A stretch of 64,000 nucleotides of DNA from an uncultured Gammaproteobacteria bacterium. Its GTDB lineage: Bacteria > Patescibacteriota > Microgenomatia > Levybacterales > UBA12049. The translations under genes were made by a program, and so were the position numbers. Numbering within the stretch: position 1 is the first letter of the stretch; every line of letters starts with the position of its first letter. The DNA is taken from positions 5,839 through 69,838 of the forward strand of contig CAZRBN010000001.1 of NCBI GenBank assembly GCA_964598355.1, given 5' to 3'. The notes under the pieces are model-generated. The model worked only from the letters and a program-made list of their open reading frames with translations. It was not told the origin of the DNA and did no database searches. This document shows positions 19,496 to 29,595 of the stretch, one piece after another.

Positions 19496-20086
19496 TTTGT
19501 AAACAAAGATTTTCTTTTCTTCATCACGCTTGAGTAATTTCAAATGCCCCTTATATGCCTCTTTTGGAAAATCATATATATACGTAATAAGAAGAGTTCC
19601 AGGCTTAAGCTCTTTAAAAAATTTCTTTGAAAGACCAGTGAGTGCTTTTGGAACCAAATAGACAAAAATAACAGTTGCTGCTGAAAGAGGTACATCAAAA
19701 AAGTTCTTTTTAATAATAGTTATATCTATTTCCTTTGATACTAAGTTTGACTTGGTCTTTTTCTGGTTTTCTTTTTTAATCGCGTTTGATGTGACCATAA
19801 CATTCCACTTAGCTAGCCAAACACGTACAGGATCTATTTCTATTCAAACACCTTTTGCTCCAAATTCTTTTGCTGCAATACATAAAGCCTTACCAGTTCC
19901 ACATCCTAAATCATAAATACTGTCTTTTGATGAAAGCTTTGCAACTTTACACATTTCTCGTATAACATCCTCAGGCATTTGCCACCAGGGAGCCCAGGGA
20001 CTATCAGGGGGCCACACTGCTGATAAAACAAGGAAAAGACCAAAGATAATAAGAAGGACCATAAGCTCAGTAAGAATAAATGCCAT
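19484..20086 (-). pseudogene. Class I SAM-dependent methyltransferase interrupted by one in-frame TGA
   Basis: ORFs 19844..20086 and 19484..19798 share a frame: YDLGCGTG...GAKGV*IEIDPVR...ATVIFVYL...LKPGTLLITY. Confidence 0.85.
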
Positions 20087-20222
20087 AGCTTTTATACTAC
20101 AAGAGCATATAGGTTATGGCAATGGCAGAAGTGCATGCAGAGATTGATGAAAAATAGAGTGAGATACTAAGTGCTTACTAAAAGCATGGAATCTCTTACT
20201 ATTCTAGTATCCCGTGTCTCTT

Positions 20223-21251
20223 TTACTTTAGGTATTTGTCGAAAAAGGCAATTGAGCGGTCCATTGCCAAAGAAAAGTTATGAGAAATATTATGATTGTC
20301 ACCAGAATATGTGTATAATTCTGCACTCTTTCCCAAACTCTTCAATTTATTGTATACATTCTCAGAAAAAGATACTGGTACTTCTTCATCCTGTTCTCCT
20401 GCCTGTATTTGGATAGGTGCTGTTATATCTTTGAGAAAGAATGTCGGGTCAATGGAATTCCAAAAATTTGGGTTAGATTCTGGGGTACCATATGATTTTT
20501 CAAGGTTTGCTCTATAACGATATCGAAGTGAGAGCTCATACGCAGAAGGGTGATATGCAGGGTCATGCCAATGCTCCAAATCTGTATATGTTCCAATAAC
20601 GCCTCCCCAAATGACCGCAGCTTTTATATCCTTTGTATTAACAACAATATTCCGAAGAGTAATATTACCACCCAGAGAATGTCCCCACATGCCAATTTTT
20701 TGAGGATTAGCATCCTTATATCTTTTTACAGAAGCGACCCCATTTAAGACATCTGTAGCATACGCTGATGAATAATATGCACCTTCTGGCTTACCATCTG
20801 AATTTCCATTCCCTCTATAATCCGGCTTCAAAACAATATAACCTGCACGTGCAAAAGGAGGATAATAGGTGGCATACTGCCCTATTTCAGGAAATGTTTG
20901 ATAGGTTGTCGGTGCAATATACCCATGATTAAAAACAATCACAGGCCATCCACTCCTTGGTTTCTGTCCTTCTGGAATAGTCATTAACGCATAAATTTTA
21001 TTCCCTTCAGATTGATAACTAACAATGTATTGGTTGTAATTACTTCCACTAGAAAGTGTCTGTTCTATAATAATGTCACTTCCTGGATACGTTTGCTGTC
21101 GCATGTTTGCAATACTTAGTGAGATAGAGGGAACATGAGGAGTTACTTGTTGTGAACTACTCTCCTTTAATGGAGGTAGGACTTGTCTATAGGCAAGATA
21201 TCCTCCAATACCCACAAGAAGTATCAACATAATAAGTAACATCTTCTTCAT
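20223..21251 (-). CDS. Exported alpha/beta hydrolase (S9 peptidase-like)
   Basis: GHSLGG nucleophile motif, DEEVP and GDNHN triad motifs, N-terminal anchor; start moved to ATG 21251. Confidence 0.88.
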   Translation of the reverse strand: MKKMLLIMLILLVGIGGYLAYRQVLPPLKESSSQQVTPHVPSISLSIANMRQQTYPGSDIIIEQTLSSGSNYNQYIVSYQSEGNKIYALMTIPEGQKPRSGWPVIVFNHGYIAPTTYQTFPEIGQYATYYPPFARAGYIVLKPDYRGNGNSDGKPEGAYYSSAYATDVLNGVASVKRYKDANPQKIGMWGHSLGGNITLRNIVVNTKDIKAAVIWGGVIGTYTDLEHWHDPAYHPSAYELSLRYRYRANLEKSYGTPESNPNFWNSIDPTFFLKDITAPIQIQAGEQDEEVPVSFSENVYNKLKSLGKSAELYTYSGDNHNISHNFSLAMDRSIAFFDKYLK

Positions 21252-21292
21252 ATACCTATTGTACACCTGAGGAATAAGAAACTCCTGAAAAA

Positions 21293-21640
21293 TCACCTCT
21301 GGGGATAGATAACTTTTCCAACAAGAAACTCTTTAGAAACCCATCCAAAGTGCCTACTATCTGTACTTTCCTTCTTATTATCTCCTTCTACAAAAAGTTT
21401 TTCTTTATCTATCTGCATTATTCGCTTTACTAATAATCGTCCATTTCTTGGATCTTTCAGAACAACTATATTTCCTGTTCTTAGATTTCCAAACAACCAA
21501 ACAAGTATCTTTTGTTTTGGGAAAAGGGTCGGTGTCATACTGGCTCCAACAATATCAAAAATACGTATTGGAACTAGAATGGATAGTATTTTTTTAAAAT
21601 TTTTGAGAATTGAAGATTGATTGGAAATTGGAAATTGCAA
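21293..21640 (-). CDS. sodX: Nickel-type superoxide dismutase maturation protease (S26 family)
   Basis: GASMTPTL, VKRI, EGDNKKESTDSRHFG; directly downstream of sodN. True start uncertain. Confidence 0.85.
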   Translation of the reverse strand: MQFPISNQSSILKNFKKILSILVPIRIFDIVGASMTPTLFPKQKILVWLFGNLRTGNIVVLKDPRNGRLLVKRIMQIDKEKLFVEGDNKKESTDSRHFGWVSKEFLVGKVIYPQR

Positions 21641-21648
21641 ATTTAAAA

Positions 21649-22089
21649 TTATTTTGCTGCTGCAGCTTTTGCTTTTTCAAACATGTCTGCTATTTCATTT
21701 ACAGCCATTACTAATTTTTCTGCTGATTCCATACTAACATGCTGTTTATTTTCCGAACACAATTTTGCTGCTTTCCAAAAAGTGTCATGAAGATTTGGAA
21801 ACATTTCCAAATGTTGTGGTTTAAAATAATCAGTCCATAGGATAAGGAGCTCTTCCTTGCATTTTCTTGCGTGCTCTTCTTTAGTCCAAATGTAGCGAAC
21901 AAAATTTGCGTGATCATCAGTGGTCCATTTGTCTTTTTCTGGAAGTGCATCTACTTTTTCAACCATTTTTGCGACTGTCGCTGCTGCAATTTGTGCTGGT
22001 TTTGGATCATAAATGCCACATGGGATATCACAATGTGCATACACAGGCTGAGAAGGAAGAACAGAAAGAAGTTGACTTAGAATGTTCAT
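21649..22089 (-). CDS. sodN: Nickel superoxide dismutase precursor
   Basis: Ni-hook HCDIPCGIYDP after a short leader ending VYA; KEEHARKCKEELLILWTDYFKP. Confidence 0.96.
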   Translation of the reverse strand: MNILSQLLSVLPSQPVYAHCDIPCGIYDPKPAQIAAATVAKMVEKVDALPEKDKWTTDDHANFVRYIWTKEEHARKCKEELLILWTDYFKPQHLEMFPNLHDTFWKAAKLCSENKQHVSMESAEKLVMAVNEIADMFEKAKAAAAK

Positions 22090-22095
22090 ATTTTC

Positions 22096-22124
22096 ATATT
22101 AGTTCTGATATATAAAAAAGTCAA
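22096..22124 (-). promoter_or_regulatory. sodN promoter (leaderless)
   Basis: Minus strand TTGACT, 17 nt, TAATAT, 6 nt, ATG. Confidence 0.65.
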
Positions 22125-22214
22125 CAGGAATAAGATAAAAATTGTTACATTGTTAAACACGAACAAAAATAAAAAGCAAGAATTCAAAATAGCAGCTGAT
22201 AAAATAATGTAGGC

Positions 22215-23969
22215 TTAGAAAATAATACGAACGCCACCTAAATCAGAGTATTCGAATGGATGCTCATCATGAATAGACCCAATAAGAATTCTATTCTTTC
22301 TTATTTTAAATTCTTTTGAAACTTCATCGATAAGGTCGGGACTAAATGGTTTATTTTTATATACCACATCCATATTGAAATGAGGGAAAGCGCCTGCCTT
22401 TTTTAAGTTTGGTAATACTTCTTTTAATTCTTCAAGGCTTTTATCATATTGTTCTTTATTGCCATTATTACAATGCACGAGAATAACATTTCTTCCTGTT
22501 TCATTTTTATTAATGTATTCAAGTACTTGAAATAAGCGATCCACATGGTGAATAAAGACGACAAAACTACCATTAGTTACATCTTGAAAATTTTTGTAAA
22601 CAAATTCATCAATTTTTCTAAGATATTTTGTAAATCGCAAAATAAGTTGTAATACCCAGTCAAATCGTAAAGAAAGAAAAACAAAAAGGATTGCTGGAAC
22701 AAAATACATTCCGAAATAATCAAGATTTAATGGATTAATTTTTATATTTCCAATAACTCCAGCCACTGTTGCAAAGAATGCAATGAGTACAAAGATAACT
22801 GGAGCTCGATATGTTCTTTTTAGTTCAGTTCTGGTTTCTCGCATAATAAGATTACCGAGTGCAAACAAACTCATAACAGAAAGGAATGCAATGGTATATA
22901 CACCTGCAAGTGATAGTAGATTACCATTTGTTATAAGAAGAATTGATGTACATAAAAGGAAAAATGCAACAACAATTCCTGGATAAGAACCTTTACTATT
23001 TTCTTTTGCTAAAAAGTTAGGAAAACAACCATCCGTTGTCATACGATAAATAAGCCCACTTACGCCAACAAATGCTGTTAACACTGCACCAGCAAGTACT
23101 AAAAATGCATCTGCAATAAGAATATATTGGAAAATTATTCCGCCCATAGCCCTTGCAACGTTTGAAAGAAGAAAATCTTGAGACTTGAGAATAGTGTCAA
23201 ATGGTAAAACATTTAATGCAGCAAGAGCTGTTAAAGGATTAAAAATAGCAACACCGATTAACATGTTACGAAGTGTTTTTCGAAATACTCCTGGTCCTTG
23301 TTCTTCAACGAAATTTGCCGAACTTTCATATCCAGATACTCCTAAAAGTGAAGTTGAAAAGCCAAAGAAAAATGCTGGAATAATACCACCAACCTGAGAA
23401 ATAAGTAACCTGGTGTGAGTAATATTCTCAAAGAAGTACCAATGTCCTCCATGAACACTATAGAAAATTGCATATCCGACAAATACAGTAAGCACCAAAA
23501 TATGGAATACAAAAATAGAAAAAGCAACTTTCGCAGAGTCTTTAATACCTGAAATAACCAAAACTGCAAAAGCGAGCATGAGAAGAATTGTCACTGGAAT
23601 AACAGGAATACTGATTGCTGAATGAATGTATTCAATAGCTGTTTTTCCTGAGATCACGGCTGTTGCAACATATGATAACAATGTCATTGTACCTGCGACT
23701 GCAGCTAACGTCTTTGAAGTTGCATTAAGCAAACAATTATATGCTCCCCCATTTGTAGGAAGTGCTTCGACTACTTCTATATAGACTGCTTTGTATAAAA
23801 ACAAAACAACAGCAATAGAAAGAAGAATAAGTGGTGCAAAAACGCCAGCAAATGCAATAGCAATACCGGAAACGTAAAATGTGGAACTTAAAATATCATT
23901 ACCACAAATAGCGGTTGCAAACCACTGATTTAATTTAATATGTTCCTTACGTACAGGCTTTGTTACCAT
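22215..23969 (-). CDS. APC family amino acid permease
   Basis: ATAICGNDILSS, NGGAYNCLLN, GVSGYESSANFVEEQ; about 12 TM plus soluble C-terminal domain. Confidence 0.9.
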   Translation of the reverse strand: MVTKPVRKEHIKLNQWFATAICGNDILSSTFYVSGIAIAFAGVFAPLILLSIAVVLFLYKAVYIEVVEALPTNGGAYNCLLNATSKTLAAVAGTMTLLSYVATAVISGKTAIEYIHSAISIPVIPVTILLMLAFAVLVISGIKDSAKVAFSIFVFHILVLTVFVGYAIFYSVHGGHWYFFENITHTRLLISQVGGIIPAFFFGFSTSLLGVSGYESSANFVEEQGPGVFRKTLRNMLIGVAIFNPLTALAALNVLPFDTILKSQDFLLSNVARAMGGIIFQYILIADAFLVLAGAVLTAFVGVSGLIYRMTTDGCFPNFLAKENSKGSYPGIVVAFFLLCTSILLITNGNLLSLAGVYTIAFLSVMSLFALGNLIMRETRTELKRTYRAPVIFVLIAFFATVAGVIGNIKINPLNLDYFGMYFVPAILFVFLSLRFDWVLQLILRFTKYLRKIDEFVYKNFQDVTNGSFVVFIHHVDRLFQVLEYINKNETGRNVILVHCNNGNKEQYDKSLEELKEVLPNLKKAGAFPHFNMDVVYKNKPFSPDLIDEVSKEFKIRKNRILIGSIHDEHPFEYSDLGGVRIIF

Positions 23970-24040
23970 ATTAGTTTCTCTGTCTTAGAAGAAAGTATTA
24001 TAGAACAAAAACCATTAACAAACAAGATAAGTTTCTAACG

Positions 24041-24057
24041 TGACTCACTGTGAGTCA
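24041..24057. promoter_or_regulatory. Perfect 8-1-8 palindrome, possible operator
   Basis: TGACTCAC-t-GTGAGTCA about 70 bp upstream of the permease; no U tract follows on the transcribed strand. Confidence 0.35.
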
Positions 24058-24065
24058 AAAACTAT

Positions 24066-24254
24066 CTAAGGATTATTGTGAAAGGACATCTGCGAGAGAG
24101 GAAGCATTGCTCCCTGAACAGTTTCTATCAGAGGTGACGAGTAGAATAAGAGAAGGAAAAAAGCAAATAAAACAACCAAAAGACCAGAAAGTATATCTAA
24201 CTGTTTAATTTCTTTAATTTCTTCAAACGATAGGGCAGATTCCATTATTTTCAT
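24066..24254 (-). CDS. Small hypothetical membrane protein
   Basis: 62 aa, one TM, fills the gap and has a TCTTA direct repeat upstream. Confidence 0.55.
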   Translation of the reverse strand: MKIMESALSFEEIKEIKQLDILSGLLVVLFAFFLLLFYSSPLIETVQGAMLPLSQMSFHNNP

Positions 24255-24319
24255 ATATAGTACAAAAAGAATTTAACAAGGGAATAATGGATCGGTAAGA
24301 GGACACTAAGAAAAGCAGG

Positions 24320-24988
24320 TTACTCCTTAATCATATAACCAAAACCACGCACGGAGTGGATGAGTTTCTTTTTATAATCGGCATCTATTTTTTTGCGAAG
24401 ATACCCTATATATACATCAACAACTCGCGTATCTACTTCATAGGAATACAACCATACTCTATTAAGTATCATTTCTCGAGTCAATACGCGTCCCTTATTA
24501 CTAATAAGATATTGGAGTAGTTTAAACTCATGAGGAGAGAGTTGTATAAGTGTGCCACTTCTTTTAACTTCAAACGTCTTATTATTTAACTCTAAATCTG
24601 CAATTATTAACTTTACTTCATCACTGTGGCGAAGTCTGGCCTTAATGCGTGCAATAAGTTCATCAGCAACAAATGGTTTGGTAATATAATCATCCGCACC
24701 TAAATTAAGTCCGCGGACAACATCTGACACATCATCTTTTGCAGTAAGAATAATAATAGGGAGGTCCGGATATTTTTTTCTTATTTCAAGACAAACAGCT
24801 TCACCAGCTAAGTTGGGAAGACCTAAATCAAGTAGCACTAAATCAGGCTGAGATTTTTTAATAAGAGATAATGCTTGAACGCCATCAGAAGCAACTTCGG
24901 CAGCAAAACCATTATCCAAAAGAAGCTCTCTCAAAAATTCTTGAATTCCTTGATCGTCTTCAACAACTAATACTTTATTTACCATCAT
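24320..24988 (-). CDS. OmpR/PhoB family response regulator
   Basis: VLVVEDD, LLDLGLP, GADDYITKPF, RVVDVYIGYLRKKI, SVRGFGY; start moved to ATG 24988. Confidence 0.95.
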   Translation of the reverse strand: MMVNKVLVVEDDQGIQEFLRELLLDNGFAAEVASDGVQALSLIKKSQPDLVLLDLGLPNLAGEAVCLEIRKKYPDLPIIILTAKDDVSDVVRGLNLGADDYITKPFVADELIARIKARLRHSDEVKLIIADLELNNKTFEVKRSGTLIQLSPHEFKLLQYLISNKGRVLTREMILNRVWLYSYEVDTRVVDVYIGYLRKKIDADYKKKLIHSVRGFGYMIKE

Positions 24989-25148
24989 ATATCTATTGTA
25001 GTAGCTTATTGAAAAGCATGTCAATTGAGGACACCTTTCATTAAGCAATTTCGTGCTTTACCATTCTCTTATAAAACACCAAAGAGTGCGTAAGAGAAAG
25101 GTAAGAATTAGGTAAGATTAGCTTCTTCATGCTTTTGCTTGCTCTTAC

Positions 25149-25379
25149 TCAATTTTCATAACTTTTCTTAGTATTTTGCCTTGATTTTCCCCCTAAACTC
25201 CCTGCTTTTTTCGCTCTTTCAGGGTTATTTTTAAAATTACCTGGACTTACCCTTCCGCCTTTTTTTCCGATAGCACTATAAAAATGCTCTCCGTATTTTT
25301 GCGATGTTTTTAATCCTCCTGCTTTGCCAGCAAGCGAATGTCCTTTTCTGTTACCATGCCAACCAGAAGAATTACCCAT
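25149..25379 (-). CDS. KGG-repeat general stress protein (GsiB/YciG-like)
   Basis: AGKAGG, FYSAIGKKGG, GNFKNNPERAKKAGSLGG. Confidence 0.85.
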   Translation of the reverse strand: MGNSSGWHGNRKGHSLAGKAGGLKTSQKYGEHFYSAIGKKGGRVSPGNFKNNPERAKKAGSLGGKSRQNTKKSYEN

Positions 25380-25449
25380 TTCTTATTACACAGTAACTAT
25401 CCCACGTAAGAAGACTTTCCTATCTTCCTAAGAGAATGGTAAGAGGAAA

Positions 25450-26004
25450 CTATAGCGTTGCAATTGTCGCTTTAAGACGCTTAAAGTCTTGTTCAAAATA
25501 GACAAAATTTTTTACAAATCGAATAGCTGCTGCAGGATGATAGCTTATAAAATATTTCTGTCCATTTTTATTTATTACTTTTCCGTGTTCTTTGGCAACT
25601 GATACCGACATGTCTAAAACTGCTTTACTTGCAACACTTCCCAAAAGTACGAGTAATTGTGGCTGTATAATACCAATTTGTTTCCATAAATAGTGTTTCC
25701 CATGATCTATCTGTTCTTGAGAGAGAGTACCTGTAGCAGGCAAATATTTACCTAAACTTGTTATAAAGACTTCATCTTCTGAAAGTCCTATATCACGTAT
25801 TTGTTTTCTCAGAAGTTGCCCTGAGCGACCAATAAAAGGACGTCCTGTTTCTGCTTCTTGTTTGCCAGGTGCTTCCCCAATAAACATAATGCTAGCATTA
25901 GGATTTCCTTCTCCCGGAACAGGTTTTCCCAAAGATCCTTTTTGGCATACTCTACAATGTGCAATTTCTTCAGCAATTTCTGCCAGTTGTCCCTTTTTAT
26001 TCAT
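25450..26004 (-). CDS. Uracil-DNA glycosylase family 4
   Basis: CRVC, FIGEAPG, GRPFIGRSG, YHPAA. Confidence 0.92.
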   Translation of the reverse strand: MNKKGQLAEIAEEIAHCRVCQKGSLGKPVPGEGNPNASIMFIGEAPGKQEAETGRPFIGRSGQLLRKQIRDIGLSEDEVFITSLGKYLPATGTLSQEQIDHGKHYLWKQIGIIQPQLLVLLGSVASKAVLDMSVSVAKEHGKVINKNGQKYFISYHPAAAIRFVKNFVYFEQDFKRLKATIATL

Positions 26005-29000
26005 GATTGTGTTGTTTTAGAGGAAGATAGACATATATCTTGGTCCCTTGCCCAACTGAACTCTCAACCCACATTTTTCCTTCATGTCTTTTAACAATTT
26101 CTGATGATATATGAAGGCCTAGTCCAAGACCAGGAAAATTCTGTCCATTACGTATGGGTGAGCGATAAAATGGCTCAAAAATATTTTCTTGATCATTTTT
26201 TTCAATACCTACCCCATAATCTTTTACACATATAGTAACGCCTTTATTATCTTCCGTGAGAAGAACATCTACTGTATCTGCATCAGGGGAATATTTAATA
26301 GCATTGGTCAGTAGATTAATAATGACTTGTCTCATTCTTTCTTTATCAAGAAGTATTATTTTTTTTGATTCACCTATTAAATTGAGCTTATGAGTAACGG
26401 TTGTATATTGTATTTCTTCAATGGTATCTTTCAGAAGATTTTCTATAGCTACTTTTTCTTTATTAAACATAATCTTCCCTGACTTAATTTTTGTTACATC
26501 AAGTAAATCGTTAATAAGTTTTGTCAATCTATCCAACTGAACGTCCAATTTTGTAATCATGGTATATGTTTTTTGATCTCCTAATTGTTGTATCCTTTCA
26601 CTTAAAATACCCGCGTATAATTTTGCACTGGTAATAGGAGTTTTGAGTTCATGGCTCGCTGTACTAATAAACTCGTCTTTTAATTTCTCTTTTTGTTTTT
26701 CTTCTGTAATATCTTGAGCAACAGAAACAATGAGCAAAATATTTCCTGCATCATCAAAGATAGGTGCTGAGGTCACTTGTCTCCATTGATTTTCATGGGT
26801 ATCTCGAAAAGTAACACACATAGTAATTTGGGTTGGTTTTTTTTCACGCATAGTGCGATGTAGTGTCATTTGATCCTCAGACAACAAATGTCCCTCTTCA
26901 TCAACAATTTTTTCAAACCTGGAAAGGTAATTATCGTAGGATATATCTTCAACAAATTCTTCTATACTAGAATATCTATTTAACTTCGCTGCTGCATGAT
27001 TAACATATAAAATATCTCCTTTTGCATCCCATACAACAACAGCATCTGCAACATTTTCAAATATGATTTCTAACTCATCTTTTGATTGTTTGATTGTGGT
27101 CTCATATTCTATTCGCTCAGTAATATCTCTGTAATTTATTACCAATGCTTTAATATTTTGATTGTGCAGCATATTTCTTCCTACACCTTCCATCCAAGGA
27201 ATTGACCCATTTTTATTAATTCTCCTGTACGTAATGGGAAGCAGCTGATCTCCAGGAGAAGAGACTAATTCTTTAATAAACATTTTTACTTTTTCTTGAT
27301 CTTTAGGGTAAATAGCACTAACCATTGATTTTTTTAATTGTTCTTCAGGAGAATATCCAGTCACTCTTTTTGTAGATGGACTTGAATAAATAATAGTTCC
27401 ATTTGCATCTGTTAAGACGATTGCATCTGAGCTATATTCAATAAGAGCTCTAAAGCGTGCTTCTCTTCTTTCAATTTCCTGAGTAACTAATTTCTTCTCA
27501 TGAATATCTGTCTCGGTTCCAAACCAGCGAGTAATAATACCTTTCCTATTCTTAATCGGAACTGCTTTTGATAAAAACCATCGATATTCTCCCTTCTTAT
27601 TACGAATACGAAACTCTACTTCATACGGCTTTTTCTCCCTTCGTGCTTTCTCCCACTGCTCGTGTACAAACTTTTTATCGTCGGGATGAAGCACTTCAAG
27701 CCAAAGATCTTTCTCTATTAGTTTCTCCTGAGAAATTCCGGTATATTCTTCCCATCTCATATTGTAATATTCCGATTTCCCTATTTTATCGCCAGTCCAT
27801 ACAAGTTGTGGAATAGTTTCGGCAAGTTGCCTCCAATTTTCTTCACTTTGACGAAGACTTTCGGTAATTCGTTTTTCTTTTTCATAAATGTTGGACCTTT
27901 CTATAGCCTGAGAAGTCTGCTGAGCAAGTGACATAATAAAGCTCTTGTCTTCTTCTGTAAAAGAGACGGTTTTATCAAAGAGCAATTGAAGACATCCAAG
28001 GACTTCTCCACCAACTGACAAGGGAACTGTTGCTTGCGACTTGAAATTAGTTGCATCTACAAATTTCTTTGCAACTGTATAATGCGAAGGAAAATCAAAA
28101 ATATTACTAATATAAAATGGATAATTCTTTTTAAGTACCTCCCACATAATTAACGGTTCTTTTTCTGAAAATTCATCCTTTTTTTTAATATTTTTATCTA
28201 TGTAATATTTGGGGTATCCACGATAAGCAACAATCCGTAAAGTCTTTTTGTCTTCACTCAATAAAGCAACCTCTCCACCATTCGCCCCAAGAATTTTCAT
28301 TCCTTCCTTCATAATTGTTTGGAGAACTTGTTGTAGTGTGACCGCTTTAGATAACAGAGAGGTAATATGCTGTAGTGATTCTATTCTTTTTAATACAATT
28401 CTTAAGTACTCTTTTTGAGACTTTTCCTCCTCATACATTTTTGCCCTCTCATAAGCTTGCGTAAATAATTGTGAAAGCGTTATCAAAAATTCTGTCTCAT
28501 CTTTTGTAAACTTATTATGGTGTTTGAAGAATAGTCCTAAAACACCCACGGAATTATTTTCTGCTACAAGAGGCATTAATGCTCCTGCATTGCAATCAAT
28601 TCTATGAGCAAATTGTCTCATAACTACATACTCCTGAGATAAAGAGGAGAAATCGGTAATCATGAGAGGAAGTTTTGTCTTAATAACATCCATCATAAGT
28701 AAAGGCTGGTTTACTGAAGCTTCCATCCATGTACCAGTCCCACTTTTTGTAAATGATGTAGGATAGCCTGCAAAAGTAAGTATTTTTATGTTTTTTCTAT
28801 CTTCAGAAAGTACTGTTATTTCTCCGCCAATAGCATTTAATCCTTTTATTGCCTCCTCAATGATAATTTTGCCAATTTCTTTTGGAGTTAAAGCTTTTGA
28901 GAGAGAAACAGTAATTGTATTAAGAGCTTTGATGCGGTCAACAACCTGTGTCAAGGCATTTTTTTGCCGTAACTCCTCATCATATAAACGCGCCCGATCC

Positions 29001-29545
29001 ACAGCCTGAGAACATTGCTGCACAAGAGCATACAGAAATTCTTGTTCTTCAACCGTAAATTCTTGTATTTCCTTAAAAGCGAAATTGACACATCCTAACA
29101 CTGTGTTACCAGCCAAAAATGGTATTGCAATAAAACCTTCTTTTTCTGTTTTAGTAAAAATATCAGCTATATGTGGATAGAGTTTTTTCTTTTCTTCAAA
29201 TGAACGAAGAAAGACTGGCTTACGCATTCGGATTGCGTCTTGAATGGGAGTGGGAACATCTTCTCGTAAAGTAGTTACCTTTTCAATCTGCTCCTTGCTG
29301 TACCCCATATATGCAGTAAGAGAGAGTTTTTTTTGCTCATCAAAAAGCCATACTGATCCAGCACTTGCATGAATTGTAGCAGCACCCAAGCTAACCACTA
29401 TTTCCGCTATTTGCTGACTAGTAACTGCTTGTGTAAGAGCTGTTGTGACGTATTGAAGACGATATAATCTATCACGAGCTTCCTCAGCTTCGTGAAGAAT
29501 AGTTTCTTCTGATAATAATATCTTTCCTTTTTTTGCGTTTCCCAC
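25997..29545 (-). CDS. Soluble sensor histidine kinase, 3 GAF + 3 PAS + HisKA + HATPase
   Basis: Three repeats of the ITxxLSKA...AxERA GAF pattern, three PAS/PAC repeats, ASHELKTP, NLLTNAIKYS, GLGLGL. Confidence 0.92.
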   Translation of the reverse strand: MGNAKKGKILLSEETILHEAEEARDRLYRLQYVTTALTQAVTSQQIAEIVVSLGAATIHASAGSVWLFDEQKKLSLTAYMGYSKEQIEKVTTLREDVPTPIQDAIRMRKPVFLRSFEEKKKLYPHIADIFTKTEKEGFIAIPFLAGNTVLGCVNFAFKEIQEFTVEEQEFLYALVQQCSQAVDRARLYDEELRQKNALTQVVDRIKALNTITVSLSKALTPKEIGKIIIEEAIKGLNAIGGEITVLSEDRKNIKILTFAGYPTSFTKSGTGTWMEASVNQPLLMMDVIKTKLPLMITDFSSLSQEYVVMRQFAHRIDCNAGALMPLVAENNSVGVLGLFFKHHNKFTKDETEFLITLSQLFTQAYERAKMYEEEKSQKEYLRIVLKRIESLQHITSLLSKAVTLQQVLQTIMKEGMKILGANGGEVALLSEDKKTLRIVAYRGYPKYYIDKNIKKKDEFSEKEPLIMWEVLKKNYPFYISNIFDFPSHYTVAKKFVDATNFKSQATVPLSVGGEVLGCLQLLFDKTVSFTEEDKSFIMSLAQQTSQAIERSNIYEKEKRITESLRQSEENWRQLAETIPQLVWTGDKIGKSEYYNMRWEEYTGISQEKLIEKDLWLEVLHPDDKKFVHEQWEKARREKKPYEVEFRIRNKKGEYRWFLSKAVPIKNRKGIITRWFGTETDIHEKKLVTQEIERREARFRALIEYSSDAIVLTDANGTIIYSSPSTKRVTGYSPEEQLKKSMVSAIYPKDQEKVKMFIKELVSSPGDQLLPITYRRINKNGSIPWMEGVGRNMLHNQNIKALVINYRDITERIEYETTIKQSKDELEIIFENVADAVVVWDAKGDILYVNHAAAKLNRYSSIEEFVEDISYDNYLSRFEKIVDEEGHLLSEDQMTLHRTMREKKPTQITMCVTFRDTHENQWRQVTSAPIFDDAGNILLIVSVAQDITEEKQKEKLKDEFISTASHELKTPITSAKLYAGILSERIQQLGDQKTYTMITKLDVQLDRLTKLINDLLDVTKIKSGKIMFNKEKVAIENLLKDTIEEIQYTTVTHKLNLIGESKKIILLDKERMRQVIINLLTNAIKYSPDADTVDVLLTEDNKGVTICVKDYGVGIEKNDQENIFEPFYRSPIRNGQNFPGLGLGLHISSEIVKRHEGKMWVESSVGQGTKIYVYLPLKQHNHE

Positions 29546-29595
29546 GGTAAATAGACCGCTTTTGTGGCAGTAATCTTAGCATATCATACTTCCTA

